Origin: Candidatus Cloacimonadales bacterium
GTDB taxonomy: Bacteria > Cloacimonadota > Cloacimonadia > Cloacimonadales > DAONDQ01
Direction of reading: 5' to 3'
DNA length: 64,000 nt
Assembly: GCA_963662275.1 (NCBI GenBank)
Contig: OY759316.1
Coordinates: forward strand, 992,001-1,056,000
Shown here: in pieces, positions 1 through 9,430 of the stretch
Position numbering within the stretch: position 1 is the first letter of the stretch
Layout: each line of letters begins with the position of its first letter
The notes under the pieces: model-generated
What the model was told of the DNA's origin: nothing
The model's database searches: none
Seen by the model: the letters and a program-made list of their open reading frames with translations, nothing else
Made by a program: the position numbers and the translations under genes

Positions 1-162
1 TTCTCCATTAAACTAGACTAATGATAAGATAACCCGATTATTTGAATTTGCTTGGATTAACATGACTATTTTATTTTCTTAGGTGCATTTCGACTCCGCT
101 CAATGACCGAGAAATTATTCGATGAACCGCTTCCCTGTACGCTGTTCCCTGTACGCTGTACG

Positions 163-819
163 CTAAAATGCCGGTACTTCCAAACCAATACGTAAACCAA
201 CACCACTCATATCGATTTCATTCCAGGTAATACCGGTGTCAGTAACTTGGATATCTCTTTTCATCCTACCGCCATTATAAAACAATTCACCATAGATAGC
301 CGTATGACGACTTAAAGAATAACGTACCCCAGCTTGGAGATTCCAATTGAAACCGCTGTAAAATTTTGTTTCCTTGACCGTGCTGTGAAAAGTATGATCG
401 GCATTATCTTCTTGGAATGCAGCAACAAAGACATTTTCCCATAGAAGTCCTAGTCCGAATCCTCCCCCCACAAAGGGTTTGAATTTGCTATCTGCAGGGA
501 TATTCACTTTTCCATTCAATTGAAGTGGAAGATAGTAGGTTGAAATGTCAGAAGTCTTTTGGATTGTCTGTACTGGATTATTGGCATTATCCGTTGCATA
601 ACCGATCTTTCTTTCCTTGGAGAAATTTCTATAAAATAGATCAGCGCTGGGGAAAAGAACTACTGTATTATCAATGCTTGACCCATAACAAAAGCCAAAC
701 ATTGATCCAATGCTTGCATCCTGCGGTGCAAGAAAACCGAATCGGTACATATTGATAGGCTCAGCATTCAAAATGATACTCAACAATAGGGCACATAAAA
801 GAACAGTAATTTTTTTCAT
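163..819 (-). CDS. Outer membrane beta-barrel protein
   Basis: Signal peptide; amphipathic strands (KPFVGGGFGLG, WNLQAGVRY, GVGLRIGLEV) and C-terminal Phe. Confidence 0.7.
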   Translation of the reverse strand: MKKITVLLCALLLSIILNAEPINMYRFGFLAPQDASIGSMFGFCYGSSIDNTVVLFPSADLFYRNFSKERKIGYATDNANNPVQTIQKTSDISTYYLPLQLNGKVNIPADSKFKPFVGGGFGLGLLWENVFVAAFQEDNADHTFHSTVKETKFYSGFNWNLQAGVRYSLSRHTAIYGELFYNGGRMKRDIQVTDTGITWNEIDMSGVGLRIGLEVPAF

Positions 820-977
820 GGAAATCTCCTCAATATTCTATGAAATGCAAAATAAAATATCTTACATAACAGGCAAGTAAAAAGCTCTGATTCTCCAGAA
901 CATAGACAAAAGAGAAATATCTTGACGAGAAAGTTCATCTCTAATTTTTAAAAGTAGATTAAGAATCCAAGTGGGAG

Positions 978-1385
978 ATGACTATGTTACGCAACTCAAA
1001 AGGTTTTTCAGTATATTCCATTATTAGTATCATCGCTGCATTAGCATTGATCTTTGTTCTGGCTTTACCATCCTTTTTCAATGTCAATCGTAAAGAAAAA
1101 CAGAATGAATGCATCAAGAATATGGAAGAAACATATCGTGCTATCAATCAATATATGAATGATAAGAAGTCGGATTTCAAAGGTGATGGTATGGACCTTA
1201 AAACTACTGGTTACCTGAAAGCTATTTTCGAATGCCCTGAAGATGGTATTGGTGATAAGTATTTCATGTCAGGTAAATACAGCCCCAATGGTAATAAGAT
1301 CACCGTTACTTGCCCTAATGCAAAGGAATTCCCTGCTCATGTTATACCTGAGAGCTTTTTTGAAAGCCTTAAAATTACACCATAA
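978..1385 (+). CDS. Pilin/pseudopilin-like protein (ComGC-like)
   Basis: KG|FS prepilin-like cleavage site followed by a hydrophobic helix; conserved Cys pairs (ECIKN, CPEDG, TCP). Confidence 0.6.
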   Translation: MTMLRNSKGFSVYSIISIIAALALIFVLALPSFFNVNRKEKQNECIKNMEETYRAINQYMNDKKSDFKGDGMDLKTTGYLKAIFECPEDGIGDKYFMSGKYSPNGNKITVTCPNAKEFPAHVIPESFFESLKITP

Positions 1386-1400
1386 ATCAGGAATTATTAT

Positions 1401-1440
1401 ATAAGAAAACCTTCAGACTAGCGTCTGAAGGTTTTCTTAT
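1401..1440. terminator. Intrinsic terminator-like hairpin
   Basis: ATAAGAAAACCTTCAGAC-tagc-GTCTGAAGGTTTTCTTAT perfect inverted repeat after the stop codon. Confidence 0.7.
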
Positions 1441-1461
1441 TATAGAGAGGATAAAAACACT

Positions 1462-2757
1462 ATGCTTACATATCAAGAATTTCTCGATCATATATTTCTA
1501 CGTTATTCAGGCAATGTGAAACTTGGATTAGAGAGAATGGAAGGTATCCTGGAGGATATGGATTACCCCAATCTTAGATTGCGAGGCATTCATATCGCCG
1601 GCACGAATGGCAAAGGTTCTACTTCTGCTGCTTGTGAGGCATTAGCACTTGCGAATAATCAATCAACAGGTTTGAATACATCTCCTCACCTCATCGATTA
1701 TTGCGAACGTTTCCGCCTCCAGGGAAGTAATCTCAAATTCGAAGAAGTGCTCCGCATATATCATGAATGGGAAACTGTCTTTCAAAAATGGGATGCTTCC
1801 TTCTTTGAAATTACAACGGCTATCGCTTTTCAACTTTTCTATGAGAATAAGATCGATACATCCATCTTTGAAGTTGGACTCGGAGGAAGACTTGATGGAA
1901 CGAATCCATTCAACTCAACTGTTTGTGTGATAACCACAATTTCTATTGATCACCCGAAAAGCCTGGGTACTACCGTGGAAAAGATTGCCTTTGAGAAAGC
2001 TGGTATCATCAAACCCGGTGTTCCAGTTGTTCTTGGTCCAATCCAAACCCCTGCTTTGGAAGTGATAGAAAAAGTTGCTTTGGAAAGGCAAGCACCCATA
2101 TTCCGTTGTGGAATGGACTTTTTCGTAGAAAATGTTATAACTGGAGAGGACGGGACTTTCTTTGACTACCGTTTCCCAAAATTAAATATCGTTTGGAATA
2201 ATATACAAGCAAATCTGATCGGTAAATACCAAGCGACAAATATTTCCCTCGCTTTAACAGCATTCCTCATTTACTGCAAAATAACGAAGCAACACTGGTC
2301 AGAAACCACTATCAGGAGAGGATTACTGCATATTTCCTGGCAGGGACGGTTACAGTTGGTTCGAGGTAAAATAACCATGCTCCTGGATGGAGCACATAAT
2401 GATGAGGGTGTGGACAGTCTTATTTCCAGTTTACAGGAAATCTTCCCCAATAAAAGATATCTTATCGTCACCGCAATTCTGAATGACAAACCATATAAAT
2501 CCATGCTTCGAAAAATGAGTAGCATTGCCTATCGTATGTATCTCACCCAAAACCATTCAGACAGAGCAGCTAAAATCGCCGATGAGGAGAAAGTTCTGAA
2601 AGAATGCAATGCATCCTACGAAACCTGTCCTGATGTTATTTCTGCTACGGAAAAAGCTATAGTAGATTGCCAGGATAATGATATCGTAATCGTCTGCGGT
2701 TCATTGCATACGGTGGCAGAAGTACTGGAATGCGAAAGGCTGATGCAGGAGAACTAA
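1462..2757 (+). CDS. folC: Bifunctional folylpolyglutamate/dihydrofolate synthase
   Basis: HIAGTNGKGST, TSPHL, EVGLGGRLDGTN, EKAGIIK, LDGAHN motifs. Confidence 0.95.
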   Translation: MLTYQEFLDHIFLRYSGNVKLGLERMEGILEDMDYPNLRLRGIHIAGTNGKGSTSAACEALALANNQSTGLNTSPHLIDYCERFRLQGSNLKFEEVLRIYHEWETVFQKWDASFFEITTAIAFQLFYENKIDTSIFEVGLGGRLDGTNPFNSTVCVITTISIDHPKSLGTTVEKIAFEKAGIIKPGVPVVLGPIQTPALEVIEKVALERQAPIFRCGMDFFVENVITGEDGTFFDYRFPKLNIVWNNIQANLIGKYQATNISLALTAFLIYCKITKQHWSETTIRRGLLHISWQGRLQLVRGKITMLLDGAHNDEGVDSLISSLQEIFPNKRYLIVTAILNDKPYKSMLRKMSSIAYRMYLTQNHSDRAAKIADEEKVLKECNASYETCPDVISATEKAIVDCQDNDIVIVCGSLHTVAEVLECERLMQEN

Positions 2758-3054
2758 AAACTAATAACTAATAACTAAAAGTTGCAGAGTAGGGGTCCGG
2801 GTCAGCAGACCCATTCCTCCCTTCAGATGAAGCAACTTTAGTGTCGGAGAGTTTGATTCTAATCTTCTACAAACTACAAGCTTCATCAAAGGGAGAATTT
2901 GATTCTATAATGTCACAGAGAAACAATAAGAAATACATCGCAATACACAAAAAATAACTTGGCAAAATAAATTAAAATAGAAGTTTACCTTTTATGCATT
3001 TCCGAAAAAGAATTTATCTTGGAATACATATAATAACCTTATATAGGAGGAACT

Positions 3055-3480
3055 ATGAAATTCCAGGTTACAGAGAGAATCAGCACAACTACATCTCACG
3101 TCGAAATAATGAATGCTCTTGAAGAACAAATGGAAAAAGTATCTACCAACTTGAATCGTAATGGAGATAAGATCACAACTGAATCTATTGCACTCGCTAT
3201 GTTGCATTTTATCTTCAGGAAAGATACTTCCACAATCAAAGCTGATCAAGTTGATGATGGTTTTCTATTAGTTGCAGATGTACACTATTGCCCGCCGTTT
3301 CTTTTCTATATTTACATTGCAATCGTGCTATTGCCATTCGTTGTTTCAATTATGTCGCCTTCATTTTCACTTATTAATATTACATATTTTATATTTGTGA
3401 TAATTTCAATTGCGATTTACAGAAATCAAAAAAAAACCTTAAGCGATGCTATTGAGAATGTATTCAAAAAAAATAAATGA
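3055..3480 (+). CDS. Hypothetical membrane protein
   Basis: AGGAGG RBS, two TM helices; the end may be shifted at an A8 run. Confidence 0.65.
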   Translation: MKFQVTERISTTTSHVEIMNALEEQMEKVSTNLNRNGDKITTESIALAMLHFIFRKDTSTIKADQVDDGFLLVADVHYCPPFLFYIYIAIVLLPFVVSIMSPSFSLINITYFIFVIISIAIYRNQKKTLSDAIENVFKKNK

Positions 3481-3940
3481 GGAATTTAAGAATAATATAT
3501 AGGAATTACTAAATATTCCATGGGCACACTCCTCTGGCTATCGGATTTCGACACTACGATGTCTTATTAGATATTAAATTGACAAACGGAAATCTATTTC
3601 TCATTATTTGTGTATATTAGACGATGCAGAATCCTCATGATTTTATCCTAATAACCTTTTGAAACGCTCCTATATGATTACCGAGAGATAACCGAGACAT
3701 AACCGAGACTTAATCGAGAGCGTTCTCGTTAATGGCTGGTTCATTTTTGCTTCCTGTTTCTCTGAAATTACCTTTGTTTTCTTTGTGAAGAAAGATGTCG
3801 ATCTTTGTACAGCGAGGCATGCTAGCGAGCTATAAATCGACATTTCGATTTCGCTCAATGAACTAAATCGCTGCTGAATGTCCCAACGAAATATACAGGA
3901 AATTGAGAATAAGATCCAGGGATAACATCCCTTCCGCTTG

Positions 3941-4235
3941 AAAATGGCAAACTCGGGTTAAGGGTCGAGATTGGTATGATTTCATCTGGTTTAATAAACA
4001 GAAAGTCAAACTGAATCTTCAACATCTGGAAACTCGACTAAAACAATGCGGTAACTTGATAGATAATGTTACTCTAACTCCAGTTTTGATGCAAGATTTA
4101 CTTAGTAAGAGAATTCAGGAAGTAGGTTTTAAACAAGCTAAGATGGATATTCTTCCTTTCATACAGGATGCTCGCTAATTGGAGAATTGGGCACCGGAGT
4201 TGTTTAGGCATATAACAGCAAAAGTAGGAAATTAA
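3941..4235 (+). pseudogene. Remnant of a second abiEii gene (C-terminal part)
   Basis: Translates KWQTRVKGRDWYDFIWFNKQKVKLNLQHLETRLKQ...DAR*LENWAPELFRHITAKVGN*, colinear with the end of 5077..5940; internal TAA and no 5' part. Confidence 0.85.
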
Positions 4236-4249
4236 GTCATTGCAAAATA

Positions 4250-4290
4250 TGGAGCGGGAAACGGGGTTCGAACCCGCGACCCTCAGCTTG
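4250..4290 (-). repeat. Duplicated 3' half of tRNA-Gly (att-like site)
   Basis: TGGAGCGGGAAACGGGGTTCGAACCCGCGACCCTCAGCTTG matches 5955-5995 with one mismatch and ends inside the anticodon loop. Confidence 0.9.
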
Positions 4291-4412
4291 ATGATCTGAG
4301 GGTATATATCCTGAGTCACAGATATGCATCGGATGAGGAAAGAAAGAATATCTTGAATATCGCCTTGTGCAAAAAAGGAATCAGCCCAATAGACTAATTT
4401 TAACTAATTATC

Positions 4413-4455
4413 TTGACATCGCAACCATCATGTGGATATATTGTCCACATGATGG
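4413..4455 (+). promoter_or_regulatory. abiE promoter with operator-like inverted repeat
   Basis: TTGACA at 4413, TATATT at 4437, overlapped by perfect 12-bp IR CCATCATGTGGA / TCCACATGATGG. Confidence 0.6.
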
Positions 4456-4462
4456 AGATAGT

Positions 4463-5077
4463 ATGAATGATTTATTAATGGATGTAGAAGTGCAGCCTTT
4501 CGATTATCAGTATCTGAGCGGCTTGCTAAGGGACTATAGCTATCCCAGGAACAAGATTACCAAGTTGTTGGATAGTGGTGATCTTATTCAATTAAAGCGG
4601 GGTATGTACGTCCTTTCTGCGAACTATCAGAAGTTGCTTATACCGGAAGTAGTAGCGAATCTTCTTTATGGTCCATCCTATATTTCCCTCGATTATGCTT
4701 TGGGTTACTACCATCTGATACCGGAACTGGCTTTCAACATTACTTCTGTGACCACATCACGCAAGAAGGTATATTCCACTTCGATTGGTACTTTCTCATA
4801 TCAGACAATTAAGCCTGATTACTACAGACAGGGGTATCTAATCCATAGTTTGGAAGGTGTCAATTTTCTCATTGCTACGCCGGAAAAGGCACTATGTGAT
4901 AAGCTGTACCTATTCCCCTCCCAGAAGAGTGTTGCCGAGATGGAGATTGTTCTATTCGACGAACTACGTATAGACACAGACAAGTTTCGAAGCCTAAATT
5001 CTCGTCTGATAGCTGAATATTCACAAAACGCAAACTCAAATAACTTAAGGTTATTAACAGCAATGGTGGCAAAATAA
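4463..5077 (+). CDS. Type IV toxin-antitoxin antitoxin, AbiEi-like
   Basis: LKRGMY, GPSYISLDYAL, IATPEKALCD motifs. ATG 4463 has a GGAG RBS (track start 4367 is less likely). Coupled to the toxin by TAATG. Confidence 0.85.
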   Translation: MNDLLMDVEVQPFDYQYLSGLLRDYSYPRNKITKLLDSGDLIQLKRGMYVLSANYQKLLIPEVVANLLYGPSYISLDYALGYYHLIPELAFNITSVTTSRKKVYSTSIGTFSYQTIKPDYYRQGYLIHSLEGVNFLIATPEKALCDKLYLFPSQKSVAEMEIVLFDELRIDTDKFRSLNSRLIAEYSQNANSNNLRLLTAMVAK

Positions 5078-5940
5078 TGAATAGCAATCCACTTTCCAAT
5101 CTGATAGACGGGCAAAAACAAAGTAATTCTACAGAGTTCAAACAAAGGCTATTACATGCTATCCAGCAGGTTTGTCTCTTAGGTTTGTGGCGAGGCGGAT
5201 TCTTTGAATATGCAGCATTTTATGGTGGAACAGCATTAAGCATAGTTCATGGAAATGATTGCTTCTCCGAAGACCTTGATTTTTCTTTACTCAACCCCTC
5301 AACAGACTTTTCGTTAAGTGATTTTCTGGATGCTGTGAAAAGGGAACTCACAGCTTGGGGAATTGATGCAACCGTAGGGATGGTCGAAAAGAATAACTCC
5401 GACATTGAATCTGCCTTTATTAAAACCAACACATTGGATAGGATGATCTCGTTTGAGATACCTAAGAATTTTATCAAAGGTATGCATCGTAATGAAGTCA
5501 GTCATGTGAAATTTGAAGTTGATGCAAATCCGCCATGTAGTTTTGAAAGTGAGTTTCATTATCTTCTGGAGCCGATTCCCTTTCATATACGCGTTATGGC
5601 TTTATCGGATATATATGCCGGTAAAATTCATGCCTTGCTTGCCAGAAAGTGGCAAACCCGTGTGAAGGGTCGTGATTGGTACGATTTCATCTGGTTTAGT
5701 AAACAGAAGGTAAAATTGAATCTTCAACATCTGGAAGCCAGGCTGAAACAAAGTGGTCATTTAAAAGAGGATGTAAAACTAACAGATGATCTGTTTCAGG
5801 AAATGCTGATCACGCGTATTAATGGTGTGGATTTCGAACAGGCAAAAAATGATGTTATGCCCTTCATAAAGGATGTTCGTCAATTGGAGAACTGGTCACC
5901 GGAGCTGTTTAGCCATATCACAGCAACAGTAGGAAAGTAA
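5077..5940 (+). CDS. Nucleotidyltransferase toxin, AbiEii/AbiGii family
   Basis: FYGGTAL, FSEDLDFS, GKIHALL.R, KGRDWYD motifs. Confidence 0.9.
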   Translation: MNSNPLSNLIDGQKQSNSTEFKQRLLHAIQQVCLLGLWRGGFFEYAAFYGGTALSIVHGNDCFSEDLDFSLLNPSTDFSLSDFLDAVKRELTAWGIDATVGMVEKNNSDIESAFIKTNTLDRMISFEIPKNFIKGMHRNEVSHVKFEVDANPPCSFESEFHYLLEPIPFHIRVMALSDIYAGKIHALLARKWQTRVKGRDWYDFIWFSKQKVKLNLQHLEARLKQSGHLKEDVKLTDDLFQEMLITRINGVDFEQAKNDVMPFIKDVRQLENWSPELFSHITATVGK

Positions 5941-5954
5941 GTCATTGCAAAATA

Positions 5955-6029
5955 TGGAGCGGGAAACGGGGCTCGAACCCGCGACCCTCAGCTTGGGAAG
6001 CTAATGCTCTACCACTGAGCTATTCCCGC
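5955..6029 (-). tRNA. tRNA-Gly(CCC)
   Basis: Reverse complement GCGGGAATAGCTCAGTGGTAGAGCATTAGCTTCCCAAGCTGAGGGTCGCGGGTTCGAGCCCCGTTTCCCGCTCCA; cloverleaf, CCC anticodon, CCA end. Confidence 0.97.
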
Positions 6030-6193
6030 TCACAAGCGTTTATAATCTGAATTACAGGGTCTGTGTCAAGGAAAAAAGGCTTGAAGAATTAAAAATTAAA
6101 AATTAAAAGCTAAAAATTGGCAGTGCAGAACAGCAGAAGAGACCAGAGACCCCCTTGTTGAATTACGAAGTGCGGGAGGAACAGACCCCCCTA

Positions 6194-8086
6194 GGAGATG
6201 TCCCGAAACTAGCATGATTTTATTTTCTTCTGTTGTAAAATATGTGATTGTTTTTACAGGCAAACTAAATTACTCAATAGTTTCCGAAAAGCGATGCAAA
6301 GACAAGGAAAAACGGAGTAATATTTACCTAATTCATGTTTGAATTCTGGTAGGAAGAGTCTTCATCAGGCTTTTCCTTCAGTATTTTGTAAGTGCAGAAA
6401 CATTTTCCCTATATTATGTCCTAAAAAGAGGAGGGATAACTGTTCCTTGCATTTTCTCAATGAACGGACAGTAAATCTCTCAAACTTCCTGTTCCACTTC
6501 ATGAAAGCAAATACAGCCTCCGGTTCGATGCCTCTTTGCTTTCTCAGCTTGTCGCCTTTTTCAGAAAGCAGATTATTGACGGTCTGACGTTTTAGTGGAG
6601 CTATATGAGGATCGTAGGTCAGTGATTTATGTGTTTTATCCTTGTAGGGAATACACTTTTTATTGTGAGGACATTCTCTGCAGTCATTACATATATAGGT
6701 TTTCACGATTCGTTTCGGACCGTTCTTCTCTGTCTCTTCTTCCTTGATTTTGACCAGTCTCCGATTAAATTGACAGACCCACTCATCATGCTCCTCATCA
6801 TAGCTGAAGCCTGTCAGAAGAGAGTCCCGATAATCTCTCTTATAATCCTGGGTCTTGAGATAGCTTGTTATCTCTTTTTCAGCAGCATAATTCAAATTCA
6901 GCGCAGTGCCATAGGCAGCATCTCCAACAACGTCGGTAGGATATTGTCCCAATTCATCATGCATTTGCTCCATGAGATTGGGAAATTCAACGGTTTCTTT
7001 AGGGATATTGAATAAGTGAATGCCTGTGACAAATTGCTCTGAAGTTCCGATACTGGCAACATAACCCGGTGCCAGCTGTCCATTTTTCAATCGCATAAAT
7101 GTGGCATCATTATCAGTCTTGGATGTGCTGCTGCGTCCTTCTCCAATTATCTCAAGCTGTTGCTCATATTTCTCCAGCTTAGTTATATCATTGCTCTTTG
7201 ATTTGGAGATTTCGCGCAAAAGAGATTTGATTTTCTTGATAGCCCGAGTATCTGACGGATGATTTTTCTGTAGTCGGGACATTGCTTCTTTCAGCTTGTT
7301 TTCTGCTGAGACCAGTCTATCTCTGATCTGTTCAGATGCGACTGTAGCAGTTTTCTCTGATTCAACCGCATGCAATTGCTCACCAAGCTCAAGAAGATCA
7401 GCGGTTCCATATTGCTGTTGCTCTTCCTGATTATATTCCTCGATCTTTTTAAACAATCCCTCAACTCGTGTCTTGACCAGTTCCTGATAACGAAGCGCAT
7501 TGCTTTTCCAGATGTAGGAATTCTTGCCGGCATTTGCGTGAATCGTCGTCCCGTCAACAAAACAGGTGTCGAGATCAAGATATCCTAATGATGATGCTTT
7601 CAGTACTACCTGATAAAATACATCAATAAGAATATCAGAACACTTAGTCCAGGCAAAGGTGTTGATCGTTCTGAAATCAGGTTCCTGTTCTCCTGCCAGC
7701 CAGATAAAATTGATGTTCTCCCGAACAGCCTTAGCTATCTTCCGACAGGTATAAATACCATTGATATAGGCGTATACAATGATCTTCAACATCATCTTGG
7801 GATGATAAGCAGGTGTACCTTCATCAGAGTATCTTGTATATAGCTCAGATAAGTCCAGTTGCTCAACGACATCGTTAACATAACGAACCATGTGCTGGGG
7901 AGGTATTCTCTCTTCAATATTAAGTCCATAGAGTGTCCCCTGATTCGGATTGTGCTCTCTGAAATTCATAATTCTCTCTATGCTTAGTTTTTAAAGGCAA
8001 CAATACACCCTATAACAATATGTCAAGTAATATGATTAATATTTAATAGTTGCTATTTTTCTATCATTTAGTTTCGGGACATCTCC
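6194..8086 (-). mobile_element. IS1182-family insertion sequence
   Basis: 18-bp perfect terminal IRs GGAGATGTCCCGAAACTA (6194-6211) and TAGTTTCGGGACATCTCC (8069-8086) around a transposase; no clear TSD. Confidence 0.85.
6365..7969 (-). CDS. IS1182-family DDE transposase
   Basis: PAYHPKMMLK, PDFRTI, VDGTTIHANA, SKTDNDATFMR, DAAYG, Cys cluster, IEPEAVF. Confidence 0.9.
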   Translation of the reverse strand: MNFREHNPNQGTLYGLNIEERIPPQHMVRYVNDVVEQLDLSELYTRYSDEGTPAYHPKMMLKIIVYAYINGIYTCRKIAKAVRENINFIWLAGEQEPDFRTINTFAWTKCSDILIDVFYQVVLKASSLGYLDLDTCFVDGTTIHANAGKNSYIWKSNALRYQELVKTRVEGLFKKIEEYNQEEQQQYGTADLLELGEQLHAVESEKTATVASEQIRDRLVSAENKLKEAMSRLQKNHPSDTRAIKKIKSLLREISKSKSNDITKLEKYEQQLEIIGEGRSSTSKTDNDATFMRLKNGQLAPGYVASIGTSEQFVTGIHLFNIPKETVEFPNLMEQMHDELGQYPTDVVGDAAYGTALNLNYAAEKEITSYLKTQDYKRDYRDSLLTGFSYDEEHDEWVCQFNRRLVKIKEEETEKNGPKRIVKTYICNDCRECPHNKKCIPYKDKTHKSLTYDPHIAPLKRQTVNNLLSEKGDKLRKQRGIEPEAVFAFMKWNRKFERFTVRSLRKCKEQLSLLFLGHNIGKMFLHLQNTEGKA

Positions 8087-8104
8087 AAGTATTCCTAAGA
8101 ATTT

Positions 8105-9208
8105 CTAATCCAATTTTACTTTTATCAATTTCTCTAAAGTCCTATACCATTCCAAAGTCAAGGGGATCGAGATTTCTCCGGGAAGATTGAATAAATCCAA
8201 AGCAGGAAAGGAGTCAGACTGGTCTTTCCATATCCATTGCTTATTTACAGCTAACAGACTGACTTCAACGTGACAACCGGTTAAACCCGGAGCTACGATG
8301 CAACCGTCTAAAGGCGGAGCTACAGGAGATTGCTGATTCACATAAAAAAGACTGCCTTCACTGCTGATCTTATTAATTGCAGGAACGAGATAGCCATCTT
8401 CATTCACTAATTTTGCGATCTGGTCAAAACAATCACGGATGATATCTCCAGGTAATTCAGAACCTGTATGATATGCCCAATCAATGATGAAAGTAATTCC
8501 CCGCAGAATATCGTAGTCATAATAGCGTGGAAAGGAGAGTTGTAACCAGCCTTTATTGATATCCTGGAGAGTCGATGTCTTATACAAGCCACGTTGTAAA
8601 AGATATTGAGCACCTTTATCCAATAAAGCTTTAATATGGGAGTCTTTTGTCTTTTGGAAAACGATAAGCATAGCCTCCAACATCGGTAAAGTGGAGAGGA
8701 ATGAACCTTTCATATTCTTCGTATAAACAGCTTCATCACAATTATATCCCCCATCAGGCAACTGGTACTTCTCCAACCATTCATACCACCAGGGAAGACG
8801 CATATGAACATCGTAACCACAATCCTCTAATATTTTGTACATATTTCCCAAAGCACAAAAACAAATTACATGCCTATAAGGATCACAGTTCTCAGGTAAA
8901 TCAGCTTGAATTAAAGGGAAATAGTGAAGATAATGAGAATCTATTATGTTAATCAGGTTATCCAAAAATTCGTGAGGTATAAGATGTTTGTATCCAGCTT
9001 CATAAAGTAAAAGTGCTTTCCACCAGGGGCTATTCCATTTAGGCCAATAGGGGTCGAGTTTAATACTATCGAGAGAAAGATCCGAGCTTAACTCTTTGCC
9101 CAAATCCATAAGGATTGAATTCTGATCTTCATCCATGATCAATCTACTTGAGATTGATTGATATTCAACCAGGCTCTTTTCTATCTTCAATTGTAAATCA
9201 TTCATCAT
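8105..9208 (-). CDS. Hypothetical alpha/alpha-toroid (prenyltransferase/squalene-cyclase-repeat-like) protein with an in-frame REP insertion
   Basis: QLPDGGYNC repeat-like motif, FPRYYDYDILRG; 31-codon palindromic insert near the C-terminus. Confidence 0.65.
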   Translation of the reverse strand: MMNDLQLKIEKSLVEYQSISSRLIMDEDQNSILMDLGKELSSDLSLDSIKLDPYWPKWNSPWWKALLLYEAGYKHLIPHEFLDNLINIIDSHYLHYFPLIQADLPENCDPYRHVICFCALGNMYKILEDCGYDVHMRLPWWYEWLEKYQLPDGGYNCDEAVYTKNMKGSFLSTLPMLEAMLIVFQKTKDSHIKALLDKGAQYLLQRGLYKTSTLQDINKGWLQLSFPRYYDYDILRGITFIIDWAYHTGSELPGDIIRDCFDQIAKLVNEDGYLVPAINKISSEGSLFYVNQQSPVAPPLDGCIVAPGLTGCHVEVSLLAVNKQWIWKDQSDSFPALDLFNLPGEISIPLTLEWYRTLEKLIKVKLD

Positions 9209-9376
9209 ACCTTCTTTAACGTTATTTTTACATTTAGTATTTAGGAAGTCAATTCAAAATATATACTAGCTAAAAAAGAAAAAGAAATTTCTATAAGATA
9301 GACAAAGAACAAAATTGACATACTTGCCATGCTGAAAATAACTGTACTTATCAGTTAAGCAATAGGTTATAAAATT

Positions 9377-9417
9377 TAGCCACCCTGACTGCAATGTCGG
9401 AGTGGCTATTTTTTTTA
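9377..9417 (+). terminator. Leader terminator upstream of ABC binding-protein gene
   Basis: TAGCCAC-CCTGAC..GTCGGA-GTGGCTA followed by a T run, just before the AAGGAG RBS. Confidence 0.6.
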
Positions 9418-9430
9418 TTAAGGAGATAAA

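Noticed and set aside
3460..3502. Phase variation at the A8 run ending the 3055 gene
   Set aside because: One fewer A gives a plausible longer end (KKINEEFKNNI), but this cannot be told apart from a sequencing error.
4250..4319. Second tRNA gene or the 73-aa ORF 4098-4319
   Set aside because: Only the 3' 41 nt of the tRNA are present, and the ORF is antisense to a pseudogene.
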